Positions 45,498 through 54,668 of a stretch of DNA of 64,000 nt are shown in pieces. The stretch is taken from assembly GCA_963723585.1 (NCBI GenBank), contig CAVRRJ010000004.1, positions 88,591 through 152,590 on the forward strand, written 5' to 3'. Both the position numbers and the translations under genes were made by a program. The DNA comes from an uncultured Solirubrobacterales bacterium. GTDB taxonomy: Bacteria; Actinomycetota; Thermoleophilia; Solirubrobacterales; Solirubrobacteraceae. The notes below the pieces were generated by a model. The model made no database searches. It was not told the origin of the DNA and worked only from the letters and a program-made list of their open reading frames with translations. Position 1 is the first letter of the stretch. Each line of letters opens with the position of its first letter.

Positions 45498-46175
45498 CTA
45501 GTGGACGGCGAGCACGTGATGCGCGATAACCGCCGCGTGGGCGCTCGCCGCCGCGGCGAGGACCATCAGCACGCCCAGCAGCACGGCCCACATGGCCACC
45601 CGGTCGGGCTGAAAGCCAGCCCGCTCATGGCGCGGCAGCTGGCGATGGCGCTCGGCCAAGGAGGGACGCGTGCCGTTCCGCGTCGCAGAGCCCTCGGCGC
45701 CGTAACCGGTGATGGTCACGGTCCGGCGGCCGGGGGCCACCGGTCCCTTGGACCGGGGTCCTTCGAGCTCCTGCGCGGTCTCCCGGGCCCAGCTGTGCAG
45801 CAGCTCGCGATACGGGTCACCCGCGCCTCCGGCCTCGGCGGGCCGTGCCTCGGCGCTGCGTTCGGAGCCGGTGGTGAGCTCGCGGGCGCTGGTGCGCTCG
45901 GCGGCGCCGGTGCGCTCGCCGCCGGTGCGCTCGCCGGCGCCGGTCGCCTCGCCGCTGAAGCGCCGAGTACGGCGGGCCTGCCGAGCCTCGAACTGAGACC
46001 GGCGGGATGCGGTTCGCTTCCAGTAGCGCTCGACCTCCACCCGGTAGCTGTCCGAGGTCGGCTCCTCGGTGCCGAAGCGCTCGAAGGCGGCTCCCCCGCC
46101 GCCGTAGCGCTGACCCGGCCTGTCGTCGTGACGAACCCTCTCGCCCTGGGGCACTGATACGCCTGATCGCGGCAT
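45498..46175 (-). CDS. Hypothetical protein with C-terminal TM helix, downstream of the c-di-AMP riboswitch
   Basis: RBS AGAGGA; low-complexity body; PDRVAMWAVLLGVLMVLAAA tail. Confidence 0.7.
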   Translation of the reverse strand: MPRSGVSVPQGERVRHDDRPGQRYGGGGAAFERFGTEEPTSDSYRVEVERYWKRTASRRSQFEARQARRTRRFSGEATGAGERTGGERTGAAERTSARELTTGSERSAEARPAEAGGAGDPYRELLHSWARETAQELEGPRSKGPVAPGRRTVTITGYGAEGSATRNGTRPSLAERHRQLPRHERAGFQPDRVAMWAVLLGVLMVLAAAASAHAAVIAHHVLAVH

Positions 46176-46194
46176 CTCACGTCCTCTTTCTCGG

Positions 46195-46329
46195 TGCTTG
46201 CGGGGTTAGCTGACGGGCTCGCATCGAAAGAGCGACGCTACGCGTGAAACGCGATTAGCCCCAACAACTCGGGTCCCCCGCTTCCCTCCCACATAAGTGG
46301 CGGCGGTGGGTGTGTCTGGGAATTCAGCT
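46195..46329 (-). ncRNA. c-di-AMP (ydaO/yuaA) riboswitch
   Basis: Minus strand GCTGAAT...GGGAAGCGGGGGACCC...TTGGGGCTAATC...GAGCCCGTCAGCTAACCCCGCAAGC. Confidence 0.9.
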
Positions 46330-46465
46330 GTGCGAGTGCGCGACTCTACCAACGGTCCCGGATGACCGCAGGCTCGTCCCGGGACGGCCGTCGAACCTGC
46401 AGCGGGGGTACCTCAGAACCCGCAGGGGGGTGCCTCTGCGAGGCGCCTCCAGGGGCGCGGCCGGG

Positions 46466-47008
46466 CTACTCCTTGCCGGCGACGCGGGCCACGAAGTTGG
46501 CCACGTTCTGAGCGTCTCGCCCCTGGACGATCGCGGCCGGCATGACCCCCTGGCCGAGGCACTGCTCGCTCGAGTTGGCCCCCGACGCGTTGGGCAGGCA
46601 GCCGTTGGTGATCGTGTTCAGGACCAGGGAGGAGGGCGGCTTGAGCATGTCCAGGTTGGGCCCCACCTTGCCGACCGCGTTGGCGGCGGACAGCGTGTGG
46701 CAGACCGCGCAGTGCTCTCCGAATAGCTCACGGCCGACCTTCTCGCCGGAAGTCAGCTTCATCCCGGCCACCTGCCCGCTGGCGTTGGCGTGGTTGCCGA
46801 CCAGCAGGCCCAGGGGGAGGGCAATGCCAAAGCCGACCAGGACGACGGTGAAGCCCAAGCCGGCCAGGCGGCTGGCGCCGCGGGACTGGTGTTGCAGCGT
46901 GGCCCGGGCGCCGCCCAGACCGCCACGGGCGGCGATGAAGAACAGCCCGAACCCGAGCACGACCCAGAAAGCGATGAAGAGGCCAACACCAAGCAATGCG
47001 AGCGGCAC
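46466..47008 (-). CDS. Membrane-anchored cytochrome c
   Basis: Two TM helices, CAVCH heme motif, GPNLD, distal MP. Confidence 0.88.
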   Translation of the reverse strand: MPLALLGVGLFIAFWVVLGFGLFFIAARGGLGGARATLQHQSRGASRLAGLGFTVVLVGFGIALPLGLLVGNHANASGQVAGMKLTSGEKVGRELFGEHCAVCHTLSAANAVGKVGPNLDMLKPPSSLVLNTITNGCLPNASGANSSEQCLGQGVMPAAIVQGRDAQNVANFVARVAGKE

Positions 47009-47118
47009 CTTATCGTGCCCGCCCGGTGGATGGTCCGCGCTGGGGCCGGGATGGCGGTGGATGCTCCCGCGCGCCGGCCGGGCCGCGGCGCTGCCCGGGC
47101 GCGCCGCCCCGGAGGCGG

Positions 47119-50100
47119 CTACCGGCGGCGGCCGGAGGCGAAGCTCATGACCGGAGGGGCGACGGCCCGGAAGTCCTCGGCCTGCTCGGCCCGGCCACGC
47201 CTGACCTGCTCGTCGAGCATCGAGAAGTCCTTGACCTCGGCCAGGATCCGGTCGGGGGCGTCGATCGGTCCCACTCGGTCGACGAGCACGTTGATGGCCC
47301 CTCCGGCAGCGGCAAAGCGCTCGAGCTTGCCCTCGACCAGGATCAGGGGCTCGGTCCGCACGGTGAGCCGGTGTCGCTCATAGACCCTGGGCGGCACGAT
47401 CAGGTTGATCGTCCCGTATTCGTCCTCGAGCAGGATGAAGACGACACCACCGGCGGTCCCCGGTCGCTGCCGCGCCACGACGAGGCCGCCCACCCTGACC
47501 CGGCCTCCGTGCTCGAGGGAGCCGAGCTCGTGGCTCGTCGCCGCGCCGGCCAGGCGCCCGCGCAGCAGGGCCAGGGGATGGGTAGCGGTGGTCAGGCCGG
47601 TGGAGCTGTAATCGGCCAGCATGGCCTCCCATTCACTCAGGGCGCGCAGCTCGGGAGGTGCAGGCAGATCGAGCGGCAGGGCGAGCTGGGTGCCCCCGGG
47701 CACCCGCCGGCCCGGGGACATCACCCCCAGCTGCCAGAGGGCGATTCGCCGGGCCGAGCCGACCATCCGGCTCTCCCCGGCGGCCAGCTCGTCACAGGCA
47801 CCCGACCAGGCCAGCAGCTCCAGGGCCGACGCGCTCGATCCCGCCCGCGAGGCCAGATCGGAGAGGTTGCGAAAGCGCCCGCCCCGCTCCCGGCCTGCCA
47901 CCAAGGCCTGTACCTCCTCGCCCCGGATCCCCCGGACATAGCCCAGCCCGACGCGCACGCGCAGGCCCCGGCGACCCGCTTGCCCGTCATCCGGCTGGGG
48001 AGCCCCGGCCAACCGGGCCTGCGGGCCGGCCAGCTCGATGTCGCACTCGACTCCGCTGTGGTTCACGTCCGGGGCGAGGACCTCGATGCCCCGCCGCTGG
48101 GCCTCGTGGACCAGGGCGTCCGGAGGGTAGAAGCCCATCGGTTGCTCGTTCAGCAGCGAGCAGAGCAGCTCCGGGGTGTAGTGGACACGCAGCCAGGTCG
48201 ATTGGTAGGCCAGCAGCCCGAACGCGGCTCCGTGGGCCTTGGGAAAGCCGAAGCCGGAGAAGCCCTTGACCATCGCGAACACGCGCTCGGCCGTCTCGGC
48301 GTCGACGCCGTGCTTGGCCTGGGCGCCCTGCACGAAACGCTCGTGGTAGGCCTGGATGGCCGTATCCGAGCGCTTGCGGCTCATCGCCCGGCGCAGCCCC
48401 TCGGCCTCTCCGGGGCTGAAGCCGGCAAAGGCGATCGACACCTCGAGCACCTGATCCTGGAAGATGATCGTGCCCAGCGTCTCCCCGAGCACGGCCTCGA
48501 GCGAAGGATGCTCGTAGGGCACCTGGTAGTCGGGCTCGGCCCGCAGCCGCTGGCGGCGCTCGATGTAGGGATTGACCGCCCCACCCTGAATGGGGCCGGG
48601 CCGGACGATGGCCACCTGGATGGTGATGTCCTTGAGCGTCTCGGGCCGGGTGCGGCGCAGGGAAGCCATCTGGGCCCGGCTCTCGATCTGGAAGACCCCG
48701 GTCGTGTCGGCGTTCTGGATGCACTCGTAGGTCGCCGGGTCGTCGTAAGGGATGCGGCTCAGATCGATGCGCTCGCTCCGCGTGCGCGCGACCAGCTCCA
48801 CGCAGCGCTCCACGGCCGAGAGCATCCCCAGCCCGAGCAGGTCGATCTTCAGAAAGCCGGCGTCGGCGCAGGAGTCCTTGTCCCATTGGGCTATCTGCCG
48901 CCCAGCCATCGCGGCCGGAACGATTGGGCAGCATTCGATCAGGGGCCGGGTGGCGATGATCATCCCGCCCGAGTGCTGGCTTAGATGTCGGGGCAAGCCG
49001 TGGGCTTCTGCCGCGAGCTCGGCCAGCCACTCCCAGCGCCCGCTGAGGCCCCGGCCCGTGCTCTGGATGTCCTTTCCCACCTCCCGCGAATCCCAGCCTT
49101 CGCTGCCGCGGGCCACGCGCTCGATCTCCCCGGGGGGCAGGCCCAGCACCTTGCCCAGCTCGCGGATCGCCCCGCGCGCCCGGTAGGTGGGGAAGGCGGC
49201 GACCAGCGCTGAGCGCTCCCGGCCGTAGCGCTCGTGCACGCGGGGGATGAGCTTCTCGCGGATGTCGCGGGGGAAGTCGAGGTCGATGTCGGGCAGCGAG
49301 GTCAGCTCCTCGTTGAGGAAGCGGCCGATCAGCAGCTCATTGGCGATTGGATCGACGTGCGAGAGGCCGGTCAGGTAACAGACGATCGAGGAGACGCTCG
49401 AGCCCCGTCCCCGCCCCGGGGGCAGCAGCGCCCGGGCGCTGTCGGGTCCGCGCACCTCGACGGCGACCTCCCGCGCGAGCTCGAGCATGTCGTGGTGCAG
49501 CAGGAAGAAGCCGGCCAGGCCGAGTGAGTCGATGATCCGCAGCTCCTGCACCAGGCGATCCTGCGCGCGGGCCAGAGCCGCCTTTCCGCCGGCGTGGTAG
49601 CGATCCTTGATCCGCACGGCACAGAGCTCGGTCAGCTTGCGCATGGCCGCCTCGTCCTCGGCGCCCGGATAGCGGTAGCCGAGATCACTGCGCAGGTCGA
49701 AGCGCAGGCCGTCGGCCAACCGGGCGGTCTCGGCCACGGCCTCGGGATGTTCGGCAAACCGCGCCTCCATGTCCTGCGGCGAGACCAGCACGTGGCTGAA
49801 GTTCCCCCGTCGCTGGGGCTCTGAGCCGTCCAGGGTGGAGTGCAGTCGCACGGCCACGAAGGCATCCTGAAGCGGCGCCCGGGCACGGGCATGGGCATGC
49901 ACGTCACCGGTGGCCACGCAGGTCACCTCCAAGCGCCGGGCCAGAGCCTCGAGGCGCCGGTTCCGGGCCCGGTCATCGCGCAGGAACGGGCGCTGGAGCT
50001 CGACCCGCAGCCGCTCGGTGCCGAAGGCCTCACGCAGCCGGCGCAGCGTGGGCTCGTCCTGCACGCCGTGCCGAGCACAGCCGCTCAGGCAGACCAAGCC

Positions 50101-50466
50101 CTCGGCGTGCTCGAGCACGGTCTCGATCGCCGTCCGGGCATCAGCAGCCGGTCCGCCCGGGCGCCCGTCCCGCGTGTGCGCGTGCGCGCGGGTCAAGATG
50201 CGACAGAGATTTGACCATCCCCGGGCATCGGCCACGAGCAGGCCGATGTGGCGCCCGTCGTCCAGGTCAAGCTCAGCGCCGTGAATGGGACGTAGGCCGA
50301 GCGCCCGGGCCGAGACCGCGAATTCCATCGACCCGGAAACCGTGTTGTGATCGGTCAGAGCCAGCGTCCGATGACCGACCTCGAGCGCCGTCGCCACCAG
50401 CTCGTAGGGCAGGGAGACCCCGTCCAGGAATGAGAACGCCGAATGGCAGTGGAGCTCCGTATACAT
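47119..50466 (-). CDS. dnaE2: Error-prone DNA polymerase III alpha (DnaE2/ImuC)
   Basis: ELHCHSAFSFLDG, GRGS, PDIDLDF, QHSGG, KIDLLGL, NEQPMGFY, RQRPGTA; SOS box upstream. Confidence 0.95.
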   Translation of the reverse strand: MYTELHCHSAFSFLDGVSLPYELVATALEVGHRTLALTDHNTVSGSMEFAVSARALGLRPIHGAELDLDDGRHIGLLVADARGWSNLCRILTRAHAHTRDGRPGGPAADARTAIETVLEHAEGLVCLSGCARHGVQDEPTLRRLREAFGTERLRVELQRPFLRDDRARNRRLEALARRLEVTCVATGDVHAHARARAPLQDAFVAVRLHSTLDGSEPQRRGNFSHVLVSPQDMEARFAEHPEAVAETARLADGLRFDLRSDLGYRYPGAEDEAAMRKLTELCAVRIKDRYHAGGKAALARAQDRLVQELRIIDSLGLAGFFLLHHDMLELAREVAVEVRGPDSARALLPPGRGRGSSVSSIVCYLTGLSHVDPIANELLIGRFLNEELTSLPDIDLDFPRDIREKLIPRVHERYGRERSALVAAFPTYRARGAIRELGKVLGLPPGEIERVARGSEGWDSREVGKDIQSTGRGLSGRWEWLAELAAEAHGLPRHLSQHSGGMIIATRPLIECCPIVPAAMAGRQIAQWDKDSCADAGFLKIDLLGLGMLSAVERCVELVARTRSERIDLSRIPYDDPATYECIQNADTTGVFQIESRAQMASLRRTRPETLKDITIQVAIVRPGPIQGGAVNPYIERRQRLRAEPDYQVPYEHPSLEAVLGETLGTIIFQDQVLEVSIAFAGFSPGEAEGLRRAMSRKRSDTAIQAYHERFVQGAQAKHGVDAETAERVFAMVKGFSGFGFPKAHGAAFGLLAYQSTWLRVHYTPELLCSLLNEQPMGFYPPDALVHEAQRRGIEVLAPDVNHSGVECDIELAGPQARLAGAPQPDDGQAGRRGLRVRVGLGYVRGIRGEEVQALVAGRERGGRFRNLSDLASRAGSSASALELLAWSGACDELAAGESRMVGSARRIALWQLGVMSPGRRVPGGTQLALPLDLPAPPELRALSEWEAMLADYSSTGLTTATHPLALLRGRLAGAATSHELGSLEHGGRVRVGGLVVARQRPGTAGGVVFILLEDEYGTINLIVPPRVYERHRLTVRTEPLILVEGKLERFAAAGGAINVLVDRVGPIDAPDRILAEVKDFSMLDEQVRRGRAEQAEDFRAVAPPVMSFASGRRR

Positions 50467-50468
50467 AG

Positions 50469-50482
50469 CGAACATATGTTCG
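50469..50482. promoter_or_regulatory. LexA (SOS) box of dnaE2
   Basis: Perfect CGAAC-ATAT-GTTCG, 2 bp upstream of the ATG. Confidence 0.92.
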
Positions 50483-50520
50483 CACCTGGCCAGGACGGTT
50501 CGGCTTTGCGGCGATCCGGC

Positions 50521-50573
50521 TTGACAAATTATTAGTAACTGCTAACTTCTTCGTTTAGTTAGCAGTCACTAAT
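50521..50573 (+). promoter_or_regulatory. MFS promoter with paired putative TetR operators
   Basis: TTGACA...TAACTT; ATTAGTAACTGCTAACT (50531-50547) and its inverted copy AGTTAGCAGTCACTAAT (50557-50573), 16/17 match. Confidence 0.75.
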
Positions 50574-50588
50574 CTACTGGAGGACAGC

Positions 50589-52031
50589 ATGACCGTTTCT
50601 CGCCGGCGGGGTTGGACCCTCGTCATCGTCTCTGTGGGCCTGTTCATGGTTGTGCTCGACAACCTCGTTGTCAGCGTTGCGCTTCCGAGCATCCACCGCG
50701 ACCTCGGCGCCTCGATCCAGGCGCTCGAATGGACCGTCAATGCCTACACCCTGGCCTACGCCGTGCTCCTGCTGACCGGCGCCGCCGTCGGCGACCGCTG
50801 GGGACGCCGGCGCATGTTCATGATCGGGATCGCCCTGTTCACGCTCTCCTCGGCGGCCGCCGCGCTGGCCCCGAGCACCGGCCTGCTGATCGTCGCCCGG
50901 GCCCTACAGGGGGTTGGCGCCGCGATCGCCACCCCGCTCACCCTGACCTTGCTGGCCGACGCCTTCCCTCCCGCTCAGCGCGGCTTCGCCATCGGAGTCT
51001 GGTCGGGCATCAGCGGCGTCGCCGTCGCGCTCGGCCCGCTGGTCGGCGGGGCCGTCGTCCAGGCCGCCTCCTGGCATTGGATCTTCTGGATCAATGTCCC
51101 CATCGGCGCGGTCCTGGTGCCCCTGGCCGGGGCCCGCCTGAGTGAGAGTCACGGTAGGAATTCCTCGCTCGACCTAGGCGGACTGGCGCTCGGCTCGAGC
51201 GGTTTGTTCGGGGTCGTGTTCGGCCTCGTCCGCTCGCAGTCGCTCGGCTGGACGGCGCCCGAGGTCCTGATCGCACTGGCCGCCGGGGCGCTGCTGATCC
51301 TCGCCTTCGTCCGCTACGAACTCCACACCGCCGAGCCGATGCTGCCCATGGGCTTCTTCGCCCATCGCGCCTTCGCGGTCACCAACGTGGTGTCCCTGAC
51401 CATGTACTTCGGGATGTTCGGCTCGATCTTCTTCCTGAGCCAGTTCCTCCAGAACGTGCTCGGCAACACGCCGCTGCAGGCCGGGGTCAAGCTGCTCGTC
51501 TGGACCGGGGCGACGATGCTCGTCGCGCCTCTGGCCGGTTACTTCTCCGAGCGGTACGGCAGCCGCCCGTTCCTGATCGCTGGGCTGGCCCTGCAGGCCG
51601 TGGCGCTCGGCTGGCTGGCCGCGCTGAGTGGGGTGAGCGAGAGCTACACGAGCCTCATCGGACCGTTCATCCTCGGTGGCTCGGGCATGGCGCTGGTGTT
51701 CGCGCCCTCGGCCAACGCCGTGCTGTCCTCCGTGCGGACCGACCAGGCCGGCCAGGCTTCGGGCGCGACCAACGCGATCCGCGAGCTCGGCGGCGTGCTC
51801 GGCGTGTCAGTGCTGGCCACGGTGTTCACCAGCCACGGCGGCTACAGCTCCCCGCAGGCGTTCGTCAGCGGCCTGACTCCAGCCCTGTGGGTCGGCGGGG
51901 CCGTGCTGGCGGCCGGCGCTCTGGTGGCGACCGTGCTGCCGTTCAGCACCCGGGACGCCGCCCGGGCTCAGGCCGAGGCCGAGGCCCAGACCCGGGCACC
52001 AGCCCTGGCCGAACTGGTCCCCGCGTCATGA
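50589..52031 (+). CDS. DHA2 family MFS efflux transporter
   Basis: FMVVLD, GDRWGRRR, WHWIFWINVP, about 14 TM. Confidence 0.93.
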   Translation: MTVSRRRGWTLVIVSVGLFMVVLDNLVVSVALPSIHRDLGASIQALEWTVNAYTLAYAVLLLTGAAVGDRWGRRRMFMIGIALFTLSSAAAALAPSTGLLIVARALQGVGAAIATPLTLTLLADAFPPAQRGFAIGVWSGISGVAVALGPLVGGAVVQAASWHWIFWINVPIGAVLVPLAGARLSESHGRNSSLDLGGLALGSSGLFGVVFGLVRSQSLGWTAPEVLIALAAGALLILAFVRYELHTAEPMLPMGFFAHRAFAVTNVVSLTMYFGMFGSIFFLSQFLQNVLGNTPLQAGVKLLVWTGATMLVAPLAGYFSERYGSRPFLIAGLALQAVALGWLAALSGVSESYTSLIGPFILGGSGMALVFAPSANAVLSSVRTDQAGQASGATNAIRELGGVLGVSVLATVFTSHGGYSSPQAFVSGLTPALWVGGAVLAAGALVATVLPFSTRDAARAQAEAEAQTRAPALAELVPAS

Positions 52032-52126
52032 CGGCGCGTTTGGAGGAAATACACCTCACGGGTGCAAAATCTCCAAACGCCCCGCGTGTGGCCACGGGGC
52101 GAGGGCTAGCATCCCCCGGCACCGCC

Positions 52127-52780
52127 ATGGCCAGCGACTCGAGCATCGTTCAGCCGGTTTCACGCCAGCGCGTGCCCGCCGCCGAGCGACGGGACGCGCT
52201 GATCGAGGCCGCGGTCCACGAGTTCGCCCAGGGTGGGTTCCACGGCACTCCGGTCGACCGGGTGGCGCGGCGCGTGGGCGTGGCCCAGCCCTACGTGTTC
52301 AGCCTGTTCGGGAGCAAGCGGGAGCTGTTCCTGGCCGCCGTGGAGCGCGGCTTTGAGCTGGTCAGCGAGAGTCTGACCGCCGCGGCGGCGGCGTTTGACC
52401 CGGCCACCGCACCACCCGACACCGACGTCCTGAAGGCGATGGGCGACGGGTACGTCGAGCTACTCAAGTCAGATCGGGACTACCTGATGCTCCAGCTGCA
52501 CTCTTACGCGGCCTGCAACGACGATGTGATCCGTGACCGGGTGCGCGGCCAGTACGCGCGACTGGTGGCCCAGGTCCAGCAGATCTCCGGCGCCGACCAG
52601 GAGCAGATCGACAACTTCTTCCGCTACGGCATGTGGCTGAACGTCGCCGCCGCGATGGGGGTCGAGGACCTGTCTGTGGGCTGCGAGTGGGTGCAGGCCG
52701 AGCTCGGGGCGTCGGTGTCGGGGTCGGCGTCGGGGTCGGCCTCGGCCTCGGCCGGAGCGGCGACCCCGCGGCCGGCGTGA
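52127..52780 (+). CDS. TetR family regulator
   Basis: FAQGGFHGT...VARRVGVAQPYVFSLFGSKRELF. Confidence 0.92.
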   Translation: MASDSSIVQPVSRQRVPAAERRDALIEAAVHEFAQGGFHGTPVDRVARRVGVAQPYVFSLFGSKRELFLAAVERGFELVSESLTAAAAAFDPATAPPDTDVLKAMGDGYVELLKSDRDYLMLQLHSYAACNDDVIRDRVRGQYARLVAQVQQISGADQEQIDNFFRYGMWLNVAAAMGVEDLSVGCEWVQAELGASVSGSASGSASASAGAATPRPA

Positions 52781-52790
52781 TCAGCCCGGG

Positions 52791-53210
52791 TCAGGCGGCG
52801 GCCGAGCGAGACTCGGGGTAGCGCGGGAGGCCGTCGTCGGGGATCGGCTCCCAGGCCGCCGCGTAGGCGACGTATTGCCGGTAGCTCGGCCGGATGCCCG
52901 GATCGGCGTCGAGCGAGCCGAGCCGGACCCCGACCTGCCCGAAGTCCCGGCCGGGCGCGCTGAACAGGGCCGAGCCGCAGTCGGCGCAGAAGTACTTATG
53001 CATGCCGGTCTCGGGCTGCCAGGCCCGCAACCGGTCCTCGCCCTGGAGGATCCGGAACGTGCCCGGCGCGGTGCGGCCGTTGGGCGCTGCCGCCGTCCCG
53101 GTCCGGCGTTGGCAGCGGGTGCAGTGGCAATAGCTGGCGGACTCGAGCGGGCCGCTGATCTCGAACCGGACCGCGCCGCAGTTGCAACCGCCGGTGAGCG
53201 GCAAGCTCAT
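52791..53210 (-). CDS. GFA/CENP-V family protein
   Basis: GGCNCG, CHCTRCQ, FCADCGS. Confidence 0.92.
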   Translation of the reverse strand: MSLPLTGGCNCGAVRFEISGPLESASYCHCTRCQRRTGTAAAPNGRTAPGTFRILQGEDRLRAWQPETGMHKYFCADCGSALFSAPGRDFGQVGVRLGSLDADPGIRPSYRQYVAYAAAWEPIPDDGLPRYPESRSAAA

Positions 53211-54364
53211 GCCGCGACCCGCTGGGCGAGGTCGCGACCCGGCTCGATCTCCCAGCGCCGGGCTACGGCCGCAAGGCGCTCGTCAACGCCCCAGCGATCG
53301 GGTTGCTCATCGCCGCCGTGGGTCGGATTGGCGCCCTTGAGGGCCATGCAGCCGGTGTTCTCACCGATGGCCCGGATCTCGGCCACCTCAGCGGCGGAGA
53401 GCCTCGCCTGCTCGGGCAGCGCAGCCAGCTCGGCCCGCTTGTCCTCGACCGGGCGCGCGTGTGGTCCGACCTCCTGGATCAAGGTCGGGGCCACGCAGCT
53501 CACCGGCGCCTGGGCCAGATTCCACTGGCAGGCCAGCTGGATCATGGTCAGCCCGGCGCGGGCGGCGATCGGCCGCATCGCCTCAAGGCGCTCACGGCCG
53601 GCCTCGATCCAGCCCGCCGGACGAAAGCTCCGGTGATCGCGCGGAGCCAGCTCCTGCCCGGGGTGGAGATCATCGAAGAACAGCCCGCCGTAGTCGACCA
53701 CCCGGGTGATGAGCCGGACGTCGTGGCGGGCCGCGGCGGGCAGCACGAGCTCGCCGGGCCACGGCTCAAGCGGGTTGAGGATGATCATCGCCCAGTCGAT
53801 CTCGGAGCCGAAGCGCTCCAGGCAGTCGATCATGTCCAGGGTGAAGCCGTTGGCGGGACCGGGGGCGAGGCCGATCATCCGGGTCAGGCCGGCGTCGCGC
53901 AGCGCGGCCATCCCCCGCCAGACCGCCTCGCTGGTGTAGCCGGTCCGGTCGGGGTTGTGCAGCAGGAGCAGGTCGAAACGGTCCACGCCGCAGCGCTCGA
54001 GACTGCGCTCAGTGGCCATGCGGAGGTAGCCGGCGTAGTCCTCGGGCCCGCGCAGGGCGGGATCGGTGAAACGGGGAAATCCCTTGGGACCGTTGCGCTC
54101 GCCGGTGTAGAAATCATGGCCGACCGCCCCGACGACGCAGATCTGCTCGCGCTCGGACCCGGTGATCGCCCGGCCGAGCATCGCGTCGGCCTCGCCGGCT
54201 CCGTACACGTCGGCGGTGATCACCGTGCGGATGGCATCGTCGGGCCGGATCAGGGCCAGAAAGCGCTCGTCGTCCAGCGCGGCGCCGAAGTGCATGAAGC
54301 GACCGCCGCCCCAGGTTCCGATGGCAGCGGGGCCGGGATCGATGGGGGCCGGAGGGCTGGTCAT
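53207..54364 (-). CDS. Aldo/keto reductase
   Basis: TADVYG, SLERCG...DLLLLHNPD. Confidence 0.85.
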   Translation of the reverse strand: MTSPPAPIDPGPAAIGTWGGGRFMHFGAALDDERFLALIRPDDAIRTVITADVYGAGEADAMLGRAITGSEREQICVVGAVGHDFYTGERNGPKGFPRFTDPALRGPEDYAGYLRMATERSLERCGVDRFDLLLLHNPDRTGYTSEAVWRGMAALRDAGLTRMIGLAPGPANGFTLDMIDCLERFGSEIDWAMIILNPLEPWPGELVLPAAARHDVRLITRVVDYGGLFFDDLHPGQELAPRDHRSFRPAGWIEAGRERLEAMRPIAARAGLTMIQLACQWNLAQAPVSCVAPTLIQEVGPHARPVEDKRAELAALPEQARLSAAEVAEIRAIGENTGCMALKGANPTHGGDEQPDRWGVDERLAAVARRWEIEPGRDLAQRVAA

Positions 54365-54425
54365 CCGGGACCGAGTTTAGTGCTGGCGTGAGTACGGCCA
54401 GGCTTGGCGGCGGGAAGCCTTCGTG

Positions 54426-54668
54426 TCAGCGCTGGCGCCACCAGGTTCCCCTGAGGAGATCCCGGAACAGGACCTCGTTGCGCCCGCAGGTGGTGACGAT
54501 CTCCCAATAGTGGCGCCGCAACGGCTTCTCCGTCCACCAGCGGTCCTCGATCAGCCAGGATTCCCGCACAGCGTCGACCGACCGCCCGTCGACGAGCAGC
54601 GGTCGTCCGCCGGGGTTGGCCTCGACGGTGATACGCCGCGGGACGGCCAGGCGTCGAGGGCCGCTCAT
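54426..54668 (-). CDS. Small ImuB C-terminus-like protein (DUF6504-like)
   Basis: ESWLIEDRWW...YWE motif; ATGA overlap with imuB. Confidence 0.75.
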   Translation of the reverse strand: MSGPRRLAVPRRITVEANPGGRPLLVDGRSVDAVRESWLIEDRWWTEKPLRRHYWEIVTTCGRNEVLFRDLLRGTWWRQR

